Positions 27,421-39,030 of a DNA stretch of 64,000 bases are shown here, in pieces; positions within the stretch are counted from its first letter, which is position 1; each line of letters starts with the position of its first letter. Position numbers and translations under genes: made by a program. Where the stretch lies: positions 27,101,284-27,165,283 of the forward strand of contig NC_090401.1 of assembly GCF_036365525.1 (NCBI RefSeq). The letters are read 5' to 3'. This DNA is from Heterodontus francisci (Eukaryota). The notes under the pieces are model-generated. The model was not told where the DNA came from. It saw nothing but the letters and a program-made list of their open reading frames with translations, and searched no databases.

Positions 27421-28689
27421 GATTGTACATTTAAAACTTAACCCAATGAAAAATCAGAGCACTTTTATAAGCAAGACGGAAACCATTTTTGGCTTCCATC
27501 AGAAACTTCATACCTTTGTTTCTTGCCCCATCTCTCTTCTGAACTCAAGCTCAAGCTAAATCTATAGGTGCCAAAACCTCAATGTCCTGATCAATCCTGA
27601 ACTAAGCTTCAGTTCCCACATTGAATCCATTGATAGGACCTACTACTTTTACCTCTGGAACAGTCCACATCTATGTTCCTATCTTAAGCACACGGCCTTC
27701 ATAACCCTTATCCATGCATTTACTGCCAGAAATTTCAACTATTCCAATGCTTTCCTTGTTAGATTCCCAAGGTGATCCACAACTTTGTGTCCAGTGGCTT
27801 GTCCTCCACATCCCAGTTTTCAAATCTCTTCGTAGCCTTTTTCTGTAACAATCTCCAACCTTAAGAACCTGCAAGCAGAATGCACTCTTCATATTCTGGT
27901 CTAAAGTCAGGTCTTCTGATTTCGGTCAGTGGTCAGTGACAGGAGGGTGTGGCTGTGAGTGAGGCAGGTAAGGGTATTGAGAAGGCAGAAGTGGAGGAGC
28001 CTCAGCCCTTGCAATTGTCCAACAGGTTTGAGGTTCTTTCAGCTAATACGGGTGAGAGTGAGGGATACAGGATGGATGAGCAAACTGACCAGTGGTACAG
28101 GAAGCCATTCAAATGGGGGGAGTAAATAGGAATGTAGTGTAGTAGGAGATAGTATAGTCAGAGTGATAGACACAGTTCTCTGCAGCCAAGAGTGAGAGTC
28201 GGAAGGCTGTGTTGCCTGCCCAGTACCAGGCTTGGGACATCTGCTCAGGGCTGGAGAGGAACCTGCACTGGGAGGGGGAGGGGCCAGATGTTATGGTCCA
28301 TGTGGGTACCAACAACACAGATAGGATGAAGAAAGAGGTTCTGCATAGGGAGTGTGAGCAGCTAGGGGCTAAATTAAAAAGCAGAACCTCAAAAGTAATA
28401 ATCTCAGAATTAATACCTGATCAACAAGCAAATTGGCAGAGCGTAAATAAGATTAGAGAGTTAACTGCGTGGCTCAAAGATTGGTGTGGGAGAAATGGGT
28501 TTCGATTCATGGGGCACTGGCACCAGTACTGGGGAAAGTAGGAGCTGTACTGTTGGGATGGTCCTCACCTGAACCATGCTGGGACCAGTGTTCTGGTGAG
28601 TTGTGTAGCTAGGGTGGTAGAGAGGGCTTCAAACTAAATAGTGGCGGTGAGGAACCAAGTGAGAAAAGATGTGATAAATCATAGAGAGA

Positions 28690-29043
28690 GGACGGCACAG
28701 TGGCGCAGTGGTTAGCACCGATGCCTCACAGCTCCAGCGACCCGGGTTCAATTCTGGGTACTGCCTGTGTGGAGTTTGCAAGTTCTCCCTGTGTCTGCGT
28801 GGGTTTCCTCCGGGTGCTCCGGTTTCCCCCCACATGCCAAAGACTTGCAGGTTGATAGGTAAATTGGCCATTATAAATTGCCCCTAGTATAGGTAGGTGG
28901 TAGGGAAATATAGGGACAGGTGGGGATTTGGTAGGAATATGGAATTAGTGTAGGATTAGTATAAATGGGTGGTTGATGGTCGGCACAGACTCGGTGGGCC
29001 GAAGGGCCTGTTTCAGTGCTCTATCTCTAAACTATCTAAACTA
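28690..29043 (+). mobile_element. HE1-type V-SINE, full length
   Basis: tRNA-like head gacggcacagtggcgcagtggttagc, B-box ggttcaattc, V-domain, tail ending ctaaactatctaaactaa; near-identical to 13192-13517. Confidence 0.92.
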
Positions 29044-29579
29044 AGGAGAAGGCAAGAGAGCAAGGTAGTAATCAGGGTAATGCTAATCAGAGTGTGGTAG
29101 GAAGGGACTTAAGAGTGCCCTAGCAGATAAGGCTAGACATTGTGAAATAATAAAAAAGGCAGAATTAAAGGCACTCTACCTGAAAGCACACAGCATTTAC
29201 AAGGATATTCATCATTTAGGATGGATCGGCAAAAGGGAAAAGGAAGTGAGGTAGTGCTGTTAATAAAGGATGAGATCAGTACATTAGTGAGAGAGATCGA
29301 AAGATCGAGATGTACAATCAATTTGGGTAGAACTGAGAAACAGCAAAGGGTAGCAAACATTGGTAAGAGTTGTTTATAGACCACCAAACAATTGTGGGTA
29401 ATGTAGGGCATAGTGTAAATCTGGAAATTAGAGGTGCATATGACAAGGGTAATGTAGTAATCATGGGGGACTTCAATCTACACATGGACTGTGTAAACAT
29501 CATTAGCACTAATGCTGTGGAGGGCAAATTCCACACAAGGTAGTTTTCTAGATCAGTATGTTGGGGAACCAACTAGAGA

Positions 29580-29714
29580 TGATTAAGAGTCACTGACCTG
29601 AAAGGTTAACTCTGCTTCTCTCTCCACAGATGCTGCCAGACCTGCTGCGTATTTCCAGCATTTCTTGTTTTTATTTCAGATTTCCAGCATCTGCAGTATT
29701 TTGCTTTTATTATT
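29580..29714 (+). mobile_element. Short Penelope-tail insertion starting within a hammerhead core
   Basis: tgattaagagtcactgacctgaaaggttaactctg...gcttttatt; flanks actagaga/attagaga; interrupts the CR1 APE region. Confidence 0.8.
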
Positions 29715-31276
29715 ATTAGAGAATGGGCTGTTTTAAATCTGGTATTGTGTGATGAGAAAGGGCTAATTAATAATCTCATTGTGAAGAAGCCCTTAGGGAA
29801 GAGTGACCATAATATGATAGAATTTTACTTTAAGTTTGAAAGTGATATAGTTCGATCCGAAACTAGGGTCTTAAATTTATAATGGGGAATAGGAACTGGC
29901 AAAGCAACTAAACAAATACTTTGTGTCTGTGTTCATGGAGGAAAATACAAAAAACCTCCCTGAAATACTAGAGAGCCAAGTGATTAGCGAGAATGAGGAA
30001 CTGAAGGAGATTAGTATTAGCAAAAAATTAGCACTGGAGAAATTAATGGGACTGAAAGTTGATAAATCCCCTGGAACCTGATGATCTACATCTCCAGAGT
30101 GTTGAAAGAGGTGGCTGTAAAGATAGGAATGCATTAGTGATCATCTTCCAAAATTCTATAAATTCTGGAGCGGTTCCTGAAGATTGGAAGGTAGCAAATG
30201 TAACCCCCACTATTTAAGAAATGAAGGAGAGAGAAAACGAAGAACTACAGACCTGTTAGCCTGACATCAGTACTGGGAAATGCTAGAATCTATTATAAAG
30301 GATGTGATAACTGGATACTTAGAAAATAATGTAGGATTGGGCAGAGTCAATGTAGATTTATGAAAGGGAAATCATGTTTGACAAACCTTTTGAAGTTTTT
30401 TGGAGGTGTAGCTAGCAGAATAGATAAGGGGAACCAGTGGATGTGAAGTATTTGGATTTTCAGAAGGCTTTTGATAAGGTCCCACACAAGAGGTTAGTAA
30501 TCAGAATTAGATCATATGGAATTGGGGATAATATACTGGCATGGATTGAAAATTGGTAAACAGACAGAAAACAGAGAGTAGGAATAAACAGAATAAATTT
30601 TCAGGTTGTGAGGCTGAGAGTCATGGGATACCGCAAGGATCAGTGCTTGGGCCCCAGCTATTCACAAACTATATAAATGATTTGGATGTGTGGACCAAAT
30701 GTAATATTTCCAAATTTGCTGATGACACGTAAAAAAACTAGGCGGGAATGTGAGTTGTGAGGAGGATGCAAACAGTCATAGAGTCAAGGGGATTTAAACG
30801 CGCAAGTGAATGGGCAAGAACATGGCAGGTGGAAGATGATGTGGAAAAATGTGAAGTTATCCACTTTGGTAGGAAAAACAGAAATGCTAAGTATTTCTTA
30901 AATGGGGAGAAATTGGGAAGTGTTGATGTCCAAAGGGACCTGGGTGTCCTTGTGCATAAGTCAGTGAAAGCTAATGTGCAGCTGCAGCAAGCAATTAGGA
31001 AGGCAAATGGTATGTTGGCCTTCATTGCAAGAGGATTTGAGTGCAGGAGTAAAGCAGTCTTGTTGCAATTATATAGAGCCTTGGTGTAATATTGTGTACA
31101 GCTTTGGCCTCCTTACCTAAAGAAGGATATATTTGCGACAGAGGGAGTGCAACGAATGTTCAGCAGACTGATTACTGGGATGGTGGGATTATCCCATGAG
31201 GTGACTGGGCCTGTATTCTCTCGAGTTTAGAAGAATGAAAGGTGAACTCCTTGAAGTGTACAAAATTCTTACAGGG

Positions 31277-31497
31277 CTCGACAGGGTTGATACAGAAAAG
31301 ATGTTTCCCTTGGCTGGGGGGGTCTAGAACTGGGGACATCTTCTTTGGCCTCCTTATCTCGAGAGACAATGGATACGCGCCTGGAGGTGGTCAGGCGCGT
31401 ATCCATTGTCTCTCGAGATAAGGAGGCCAAAGAAGATGTCCCCAGTTCTAGACCCCCCAGCCAAGGGAAACATCTTTTCTGCATCAACCCTGTCGAG
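31277..31497. repeat. Near-perfect 221-bp palindrome (107/106-bp arms, 8-nt loop)
   Basis: 31277-31383 is the reverse complement of 31392-31497 with one mismatch and one G-run indel; loop gaggtggt. Confidence 0.98.
31340..31394 (-). mobile_element. 55-bp non-CR1 insert, probably the extreme 3' end of an RTE-type LINE
   Basis: cttctttggcctccttatctcgagagacaatggatacgcgcctggaggtggtcag interrupts CR1 at gggacat|agtctcag; its reverse complement ends in ggccaaagaag, a GAA-type tail. The RTE assignment is from recollection, not a search. Confidence 0.6.
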
Positions 31498-32099
31498 TAG
31501 TCTCAGAATAAGAGGTAAGCCATTTAGGGCTGAGAAGAGAAGGAATTTCTTCATTCAGAATGTGGTGAATCTTTGGAATTCTGCACCCCAGAGGGCTGTG
31601 GATGCTCAGTCATTGAGTCTGTTGAAGACAGAGATCGATAGGTTTCCAGATATTAAAGACATCAAGGGATATTGGGATAATGTGGGAAAATGGCATTGAG
31701 GTAGAAGATCAGCCTTGATCTAAGAGAATGGTGGAGCAGGCTCGAGCGGCCAAATGGCCTACTCCTGTTACTATGTTCTGCCCTCCACCATCATTGGAGA
31801 CTTTAGCCATCAAGCCCCTATACTTTTGCTCTGGTGCTACTTTCTTGTTTTCCCTGCCCCCTACTTCAAAAGCCTCTGCGGACTTAACTCTTCAACTGCT
31901 CAGTCACTTTCCTCCCAACATGTCTCAAAGACATCAAATGTAATCAATGTGGAATGTTTTACCATAAAAAAAAATGTGATCTTTTTCAGGATTTGATCAT
32001 ATTGCTCTAAAATAACCATACAGTTTTGCTTTGTACACCTACTATGCACAGTAGTTTGAGAAGTATTTTGAAGTAATATAAGTAACTCAACATAATTTA

Positions 32100-32560
32100 A
32101 TGTAAGCTCGAGGAACAACACCTCATCTTTCAACTAGGCACTTTATAGCCTTCCTGACTCAACATTGAGTTCAACAATTTGAGATGATAATCTCTGTCCC
32201 CATTTCTGTGGCTGGCAGCTGTTAATTCAGATAATCCCATTTACACCTCCTTTAGACCCATCTTTTGTTTCTTTACTTGTTCCATTCTTATCTTCTTATG
32301 CCTTGCACCATCATCCCTTTTGTCATTTAATCTTTACTACCTTCCACCCAATAAGAGACCTGCCCTTTGGTTCTTTCCTCCCTTCCTTCCCTTTCCCAGC
32401 CTTACATAAAAACTGTTACATCTCTCAGTATTCCCAGTTCTGACGAAAGGTCATCGACCTGAAATGTTAACTCTGTAGCTCTCTCCACAGATGTTTCCGG
32501 ACCTGCTAAGTATTTACAGCATTTTCTGTTTCTATTTCAGATTTGCAGCATTTTCAGTAT
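32100..32560 (+). mobile_element. Penelope-like element 3' fragment (end of GIY-YIG ORF plus 3' UTR)
   Basis: KLEEQHLIFQLGTL.P...LNIEFNNL followed by a pyrimidine-rich UTR and hammerhead tail, as in 57460-58000. Confidence 0.8.
32436..32472 (+). ncRNA. Minimal type I hammerhead ribozyme motif
   Basis: agtt CUGACGA a [aggtc-atc-gacct] GAAA tgUU aact: catalytic boxes, stem II and stem I present; helix III ACGU decayed to AUGU. Confidence 0.75.
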
Positions 32561-32590
32561 CTTGCTCTTGTTGAAGCAACATCTTATTTG

Positions 32591-32690
32591 AGTTCCGATG
32601 AAGGGTCACTGACCCGAAACGTTAACTCTGCTTCTCTTTCCACAGATGCTGCCAGACCTGCTGAGTGGTTCCAGCATTTCTTGTTTTTAT
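32591..32690 (+). mobile_element. 100-bp hammerhead-headed PLE-tail insertion with a perfect 10-bp TSD
   Basis: atcttatttg at 32581-32590 and 32691-32700; motif agtt CCGAUGA a [gggtc-act-gaccc] GAAA cgUU aact at 32591-32627 (U4 changed to C). Confidence 0.85.
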
Positions 32691-33884
32691 ATCTTATTTG
32701 TTCAATTATTTACAGAAATATAAAATAAATGGAAGAAAGCTGCAATGTATAAAACATGAAATGAAAATGCTGACTTTTTCATACTTAACGTCAGAGCAGC
32801 AAATTTGTTTTATATCAGTAACTGGTTTCTGTTAAAGTGATATACTAATCTTGTGATAAAAATAGTTTAATGGAATTTCATTGTAAACAGGTAGAAGTAC
32901 CATCTGTCGCTGGTGAGATATTTAGGATATATTTATATACGTGCTATAAAATTGATACGATTCACAATTGCAAAACAGCATTTTTTCCATGATATCAAAT
33001 TACAACTCCAGTTTGTGGAAAGCTTTCTGTCATAAAATAAAAATGTTATTTCTGTAAAAGTTATACAGTGCTGTGGTATCCAGAGTGATCGTTTATATTT
33101 CCGAAAGCAACCACTAAATTTTTCTTACAATACATGAGGAGACTCTTCACCACTAAATATGTCTTGATCATATCTTGTGCCTACTTTCCAAGGTTTAGGG
33201 CTCCTGACAGGTTTCAATATACCATTCTTGCTCTTGCTCTTTCTCTTTCTCGGTGTTGTTTTTCCCCAAGGTTTCCTTTTCCTCCTGCTTTATATGCTAT
33301 ACGACCAGATACTGAATTGGTTTCTCAGTCCACAGTCTGGACCCAGAAAGTTTGACTGTGAAGCTGCAAATAATGTTACTAATATATATAAAATATATTT
33401 CTATCTTATTTAGAAACATAGGAACAGGAGTAGGCCATTCAGCCCGAGCTTGTTCTGAGTACTTGAGTTAGATCACACCTCCACATTCCAAACTCAAAAG
33501 AATGCAAGTAATGGAATCTGACCTCATTTAACCCTTGAACCCCCCTAATATCATTTTAGTAAATCTGCAGTGTAACCTTTCCAAGGTAACATATTTTTTC
33601 TGAGGTTTGATGCCCAAAACTGAGTGCCATAAGATGTGGTCTGAGTAAGGCTCTGTACAACTGAAACATCACTTCCATTCTTTTGAATACTAATCTCCTT
33701 GAGATGAAGGCCAACATTCCAATAACTTTTTGTTTACTTTTAGCCTTTTGGATTCTTTTGTCAACTCCATTTAAGGCTATTTTATGTGTGGATGGGATGT
33801 CTGTTCTTTTATGCGCTCATGCTATGGTTTATATTTTGTGAACACCATTTCTTTTCTTTCTTTTAAAGAAAGTCTTTACCACAG

Positions 33885-34458
33885 TTATTGTGTGCAAAAG
33901 AGCTGAACTGAAGAGGTGAGGTGAGAGTGACCACCCTTGTCATCAAGGCAGCATTTGACTGAGTAGGGCATCGAGGGGCCCTAGCAAAACTGGAGTCAAT
34001 GGGAATCGGGGGGGAAACTCTCCGCTGGTTGGAATCATACCTAACGCAAAGGAAGATGGTTGTGGTTGTTGGTGATCAATCATCTCAGCTCCAGGACATC
34101 ACTGCAGGAGTTCCTGAGGGTAGTGTCCTTGGCCCAACCATCTTCAGCTGCTTCATCAATGACCTTCTTTCAATCATAAGGTCATAAGTGGGAATGTTCG
34201 CTGATTGCACAATGTTCAGCACCATTTGCGACTCCTCAGATGCTGAAACAGTCCATGTAGAAATGCAGCAAGAACTGGACAATATCCAGGCTTGTGCTGA
34301 TAAGTGGCAAGTAACATTCACGTCACACAAGTGCCAGGCATTGATCATCTCCAATAAGAGAGAAACTAGCCATCTCCCCTTGACATTCAATGGCATTACG
34401 ATCACTGACTCCCCTATGATCAACATCCTGGGGGTTATCATTGACCAGAAACTGAACA
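33885..34458 (+). mobile_element. CR1/L2-group LINE RT fragment (second family)
   Basis: GVPEGSVLGPTIFSCFINDL; QQELDNIQACADKWQVTF. Confidence 0.85.
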
Positions 34459-35190
34459 GGCGTAGGCCATTCAGCTCCTGAGCTTGTTCCACCATTTAGC
34501 CAGATCATGTCTGATCTGTACCTCACTCCATTTGTTCTCTATCACTTAACAAAAAACTGTTGTTCTCGGACTTGAAAATGTCAGTGAAGCCATCATCCAC
34601 ATCCTTTGGGGAAGAGAGTGCCAGATTTCTACTACTGATTGGGAGAAGAAAAAGCTTCCCAGTTTCACTGCTAAATGGCCTGTCTCTAATTTTATGATTA
34701 CACCCCCTTGCTCTGGATTCCCCTCTGGAAAAAATTGTTTCTCTGCAACTACCCTAACAAATCCCTTAATTGTTTTGAGTACTTGAGTTAGATTCACTTT
34801 CCAGCCCTATCCTCATATCCTTTGATTCCCATAGATTGCAAAAACCTACCAGTCTCAATCTTGAATATACTCCATGACTGAGCATCCACAGGTTTCTGGG
34901 ACAGAGAATTCCAAGAATTCACAACTCTCTTAGTGAAGGTGTTTCTTCTCAGCTCAGTTTTAAATGGTTGACCCCTTATCCTGAGTCTGTGACCCCCTAG
35001 TCCTGGCTCTCCAGTTAGGGTAAACAGCCTCTCAGCATCTACCCTGTCAAGCCTTCTAAGAATTGTATATGTTTCGATGAAATCACGTCTATTTCTTTTA
35101 AACTACAGGGAATATAGGCCAATTTGACTCAATCTGTCCTCATAGGACAACCCTCTGATCCCAGGAATCAATCTAGTGAAACTTTTTTGC
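34458..35190 (-). mobile_element. Two adjacent CR1 3'-end fragments
   Basis: ORF 34546..34797(-) contains VLKTIKGFVRV...FFSQSVVEIWHSLP; a second similar segment lies at 34800-35190. Confidence 0.7.
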
Positions 35191-35197
35191 AGCCTAG

Positions 35198-37150
35198 GTG
35201 TCAAGGGATATAGAGAATTGGATCTGAAAAAAGGAGGCTTATGGCAAATTCAGAGCGCTGAAAACAGCGGAGGCCCTAGAGGAGTATAGAAAGTGTAGGG
35301 GGGTACTTAAAAAAGTAATTAGGAGAGTGAAGAGGAGACATGAAAAAACATTTGCGGGCAAGATAAAGGAAAATCCTAAGGCGTTTTATAAGTATATTAA
35401 GGGCAAGCGGATAACCAGGGAAAGAGTGGGTCCCATTAGGGACCAAAGTGGCCATCTATGTGTGGAGCAGGAGGACATAGGTGAGGTTTTAAATGATTAA
35501 TTTTCATCTGTGTTCACTATGGAGAAGGACGATGTAGGTGTAGAGATCAGGGAGGGGGTTATGATATACTTGAACATATCAGCATTGAAAGGGAGGAAGT
35601 ATTAGCTGTTTTAAAAGTGGATAAATCCCCAGGCCCAGATGAGATGTATCCCTGGCTGTTGTGTGAGGCAAGGGAGGAGAAAGCAGGGGCTCTGACACAA
35701 ATTTTCAAATCCTCCCTGGCCACAGGAGAGATACCAGAGGATTGGAGGACAGTGAATGTGGTACCATTATTCAAGAAGGGTAACAGGGATAAACCAGGTA
35801 ATTACATGCCGGTGAGTCTAACATCAGTGGTAGGGAAACTATTGGAAAAAATTCTGAGGGACAGGATTAATCTCCACTTGGAGAGGCAGGGAATAATCAG
35901 GAACAGTCAGCATGGCTTTGTCTGGGGAGGATTGTGTCTAACTAACTTGATTGTATTTTTCGAGGTGGTGACTAGATGTGTAGATGAGGGTAAAGCAGTT
36001 GATGTAGTCTACATGGACTTCAGTAAGGCTTTTGATAAGGTCCTGCAGGGGAGATTGGTTAAGAAGTTAAATGCCCATGGGAAGCAGGGCAAATTGGGTC
36101 CAAAATTGGCTTAGTGGCAGGAGGCAGAGGGTGATGGTCGAAGCCTGTGACTAGTGGTGTACCGCAAGGATCGGTGCTGGGACTCTTGCTGTTTGTAGTG
36201 TACATTAATGATTTTGACGTGAATATAGGAGATATGATCAGTAAGTTTGCAGATGACACGAAAATTGGTGGTGTCGTAAATAGTGAGGAGGAAAGCCTTA
36301 GATTACAGGACGATATAGATGGGCTGGTAAGATGGGTGGAGCAGTGGCAAATGGAATTTAATCCTGAGAAATTTGAGGTGATGCATTTTGGGAAGACTAA
36401 CAAAGCAAGGGAATATACAATGGATGGTAGGACCCTAGGAAGTACAGAGGGTCAGCGGGACCTTGGTGTACATGTCCATCGATCACTGAAGGCAGCAGCA
36501 CCGGTAGGTAAGGTGGTTAGGAAGGCATATGGAATACTTGCCTTTATTAGCTGAGGCATAGAATATAAGAGCAGGGAGGTTATATAAGAGCAGGGAGCTG
36601 TATTAAACGCTAGTTGGGCCACAGCTGGAGTACTATGTACAGTTCTGGGCACCACACTATAGGAAGGATGTGATTGCACTGGAGAGGGTGCAGAGGAGAT
36701 TCATCAATATGTTGCCTGGACTGGAGCATTTCAGCTATGAAGAGAGACTGAAAAGGCTATGTTTGTTTTCCTTAGAGCAGAGAAAGCTGAGGGGGGACAT
36801 GATTGAGGTATACAAATTATGAGGGGCATTGATAGGTTAGATAGGAAGAAACTTTTTCCCTTAGCGGAGGGGTCAATAACCAGGGGGCATAGATTTAAGG
36901 TAAGGGGCAGAAGGTTTAGATGGGATTTGAGGAAAAATGTTTTCACCCCGAGGGTGGTTGGAATCTGGAACGCACTGCCTGAAGAGGTGGTAGAGGCAGG
37001 AACCCTCACAACATTTAAGAAGTATTTAGATGAGCACTTGAAACGCCATAACATACAAGGCTACGGGCCAAATGCTGGAAAATGGGATTAGAATTGTTAG
37101 GTGCTTGATGGGCCGAAGGGCCTGTTTCTGTGCTGCATAACTCTCTGACA
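35198..37150 (+). mobile_element. 5'-truncated CR1 LINE, same subfamily as 39961-44400
   Basis: DKSPGPDEMYP, YMDFSKAFDKV, GVPQGSVLG, FADDTK; long near-identity to 42430-44400. Confidence 0.93.
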
Positions 37151-37169
37151 CTGTGAGGTATGTATATCC

Positions 37170-39030
37170 TTCCCTCGTGAAGGACACCAAAAATGTACAC
37201 AGTCCTTGGAGTGTGGTCTCACCTAATTAAGTGCAGCAAAACCTCTTTACTCTTGAACAACAACTCTCTTGCAATAAAGGCTCACATGCTATTTGCTTTC
37301 CTCATTGCTTGATATACCTGCATGTTGACTCTGAGGACTCACAAATCCCTCATTTATTAATTTCTCATCTTTTAAAAAAAAAATATCTTTCTATTCATCC
37401 CAGCAAAGAGGATAATTTCTTTTTTTACCCTCATTATACTCCATCTCTAACCTGTCCACTCAGTTAACCTGTCTAGAGCCTTTTTCAGCCTCTTTGCATC
37501 CTCCACATAGCTTACTTTCCCACCCAGCTTTGTATTGTCAGCAAACTTGGATGCAATACATTCGGTACCCTAATCTAAATAATTGATACAGATTGCAAAT
37601 AGGTGAGGTCCAAGCAATGATCCATTTGGCACTCCTGGTAACAAATTGCCAACCTGAAAATGATCCATTTATTGCTATTTTATTTTCTGTCTGCTAACCC
37701 ATCCTAAATCCATGCTAATATATTTCTCTCAATCTCGTGAGCCCTCATCTTGTAGAACAAGCTCTTGTGTGACACCTCATCAAATATGTTTTGAAAATCG
37801 AAATATACTACATCCATTGGTTCCCCCTTATCCACCTTGCTAGTTAGGTCCTCAAAAAACACAATTTCCCTTTGATAAAAGTGTTAATTCTGCCTATGAT
37901 TTTCTAAGTGCCCTTTTACCATGTCCCTCATGTTAGATTCTAACATTTTTCCTATTGTTCATGTCAGGCTAACTGCCCTCTAGTTCCTGTTTTCTCTCTC
38001 CCTCCTTTATGGAACAGTTTGGCTACATTGTCTACGTTCTAATCCATGAGGCCAATCAAGAATCTAGGGAATTCTGGAAGATCAAAACCAATGCATCACT
38101 ATCTCTGCAGCTACCTCTTTTAAAACCTGAGGATATAGGCCATTAGGTTCAGGGGTTTTATTGGCTTTTAGTCTCATGAATTTCTTCAATAGTTCCTCAC
38201 TCTCATGAGACACTTCATTCTCAACTATTTGTTGCGCCTTCTACTGTGGAGATGGATACAATATATTTGTTTAACGTCTCTGCCATTTCCTTTTTCCACA
38301 TTATATTTTCTCCTGTCTCTGCCCTGCGGGATCTACCTTTTTCTTTGTTTATCTCCTCCCATTTACATAGTTGTAGATGCTCTTATAGTCTGTTTTTCCA
38401 TTTCTTGCTAGTTTACTCTTGGATTGCACTTTCTCCCTGTTGTTTAACTTCTTGGTCATCCTTTCTTGAATTCTAAAATCCTCCCAATCCTCAGGCTGAC
38501 TACTCTTTTTGACAACATTGTAAGTCTCTTTAACTCAATACGATCCTTACTTTCTCCAGTTAGCCACGGTTGGACCATTTATCCTGTGAGGTTTTTATTT
38601 CTTAAGGGAATGTGTATTCTTTGAGATTATTCATTTTGGTAGACAGGTTTTTGATCCTTCAGGGAATTGAGGGATATGGGAAGCAGAAAATCAGCTATGA
38701 TCATATTGAATCACAGAGCAGGGTCGAAGAGCTGTATGGTCTATTCTTATTATATTTTTATATTTTAATGTTCTTAAATGTCCTTAAATATTCTTAAATG
38801 TTCATCATTGCTGACCTACTGTGATATCTGTTAATCTGATTCCTGTTTCTTCCTTGGCAACTCGCTTCTCATGACCATATAATTGGCTTTGTTTAACATT
38901 AAGACCCTCATTTCATATTTAACTATATCGCTCTAAAACTCAACATGAAATTCATGATGATAACTCTTCCCTAGAGAATCATTTACCAGAAAATTACTAA
39001 ATAATCCTCTGTTATTACACAATAATAGAT
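37170..39030 (-). mobile_element. Heavily decayed CR1 ORF2 fragments, with a small + strand CR1 tail at ~38625-38765
   Basis: Reverse-strand remnants such as ttgtcagcaaacttgg (KFADN) and aatatactacatccattggttcccc (GEPMDVVY). Confidence 0.6.

Larger units (their letters stand above)
27925..31780 (+). mobile_element. Long decayed CR1 LINE (ORF1 esterase plus partly deleted ORF2) with nested SINE, PLE tail and palindrome
   Basis: ORF1 VMVHVGTNN...WLKDWCGRNGFRFMGHW (28209..28541); APE remnant IMGDFN; RT remnants including EKCEVIHFGRKN (30757..31089); CR1 3' end ~31700-31780. Confidence 0.85.

Noticed and set aside
28690-28765. tRNA gene-like sequence with A and B boxes (also ~13192 and ~56720-56790)
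   Set aside because: It is the head of a V-SINE and runs directly into the V-domain and LINE-derived tail.
31172-31699. Mirror-image ORFs starting MSLEIRRPKKMSPVLDPP on both strands
   Set aside because: A consequence of the palindrome, not genes.
33134-33413. Short ORFs and a purine-rich minus-strand stretch that might be an exon
   Set aside because: No CUB/Sushi or other recognisable motif, stops in the plausible frames, and no convincing splice-site pair.
36563-36598. Small duplications (atataagagcagggag twice here; also ~38765-38800 and ~61185-61228)
   Set aside because: Ordinary slippage within decayed repeats; no spacer structure and not CRISPR-like.
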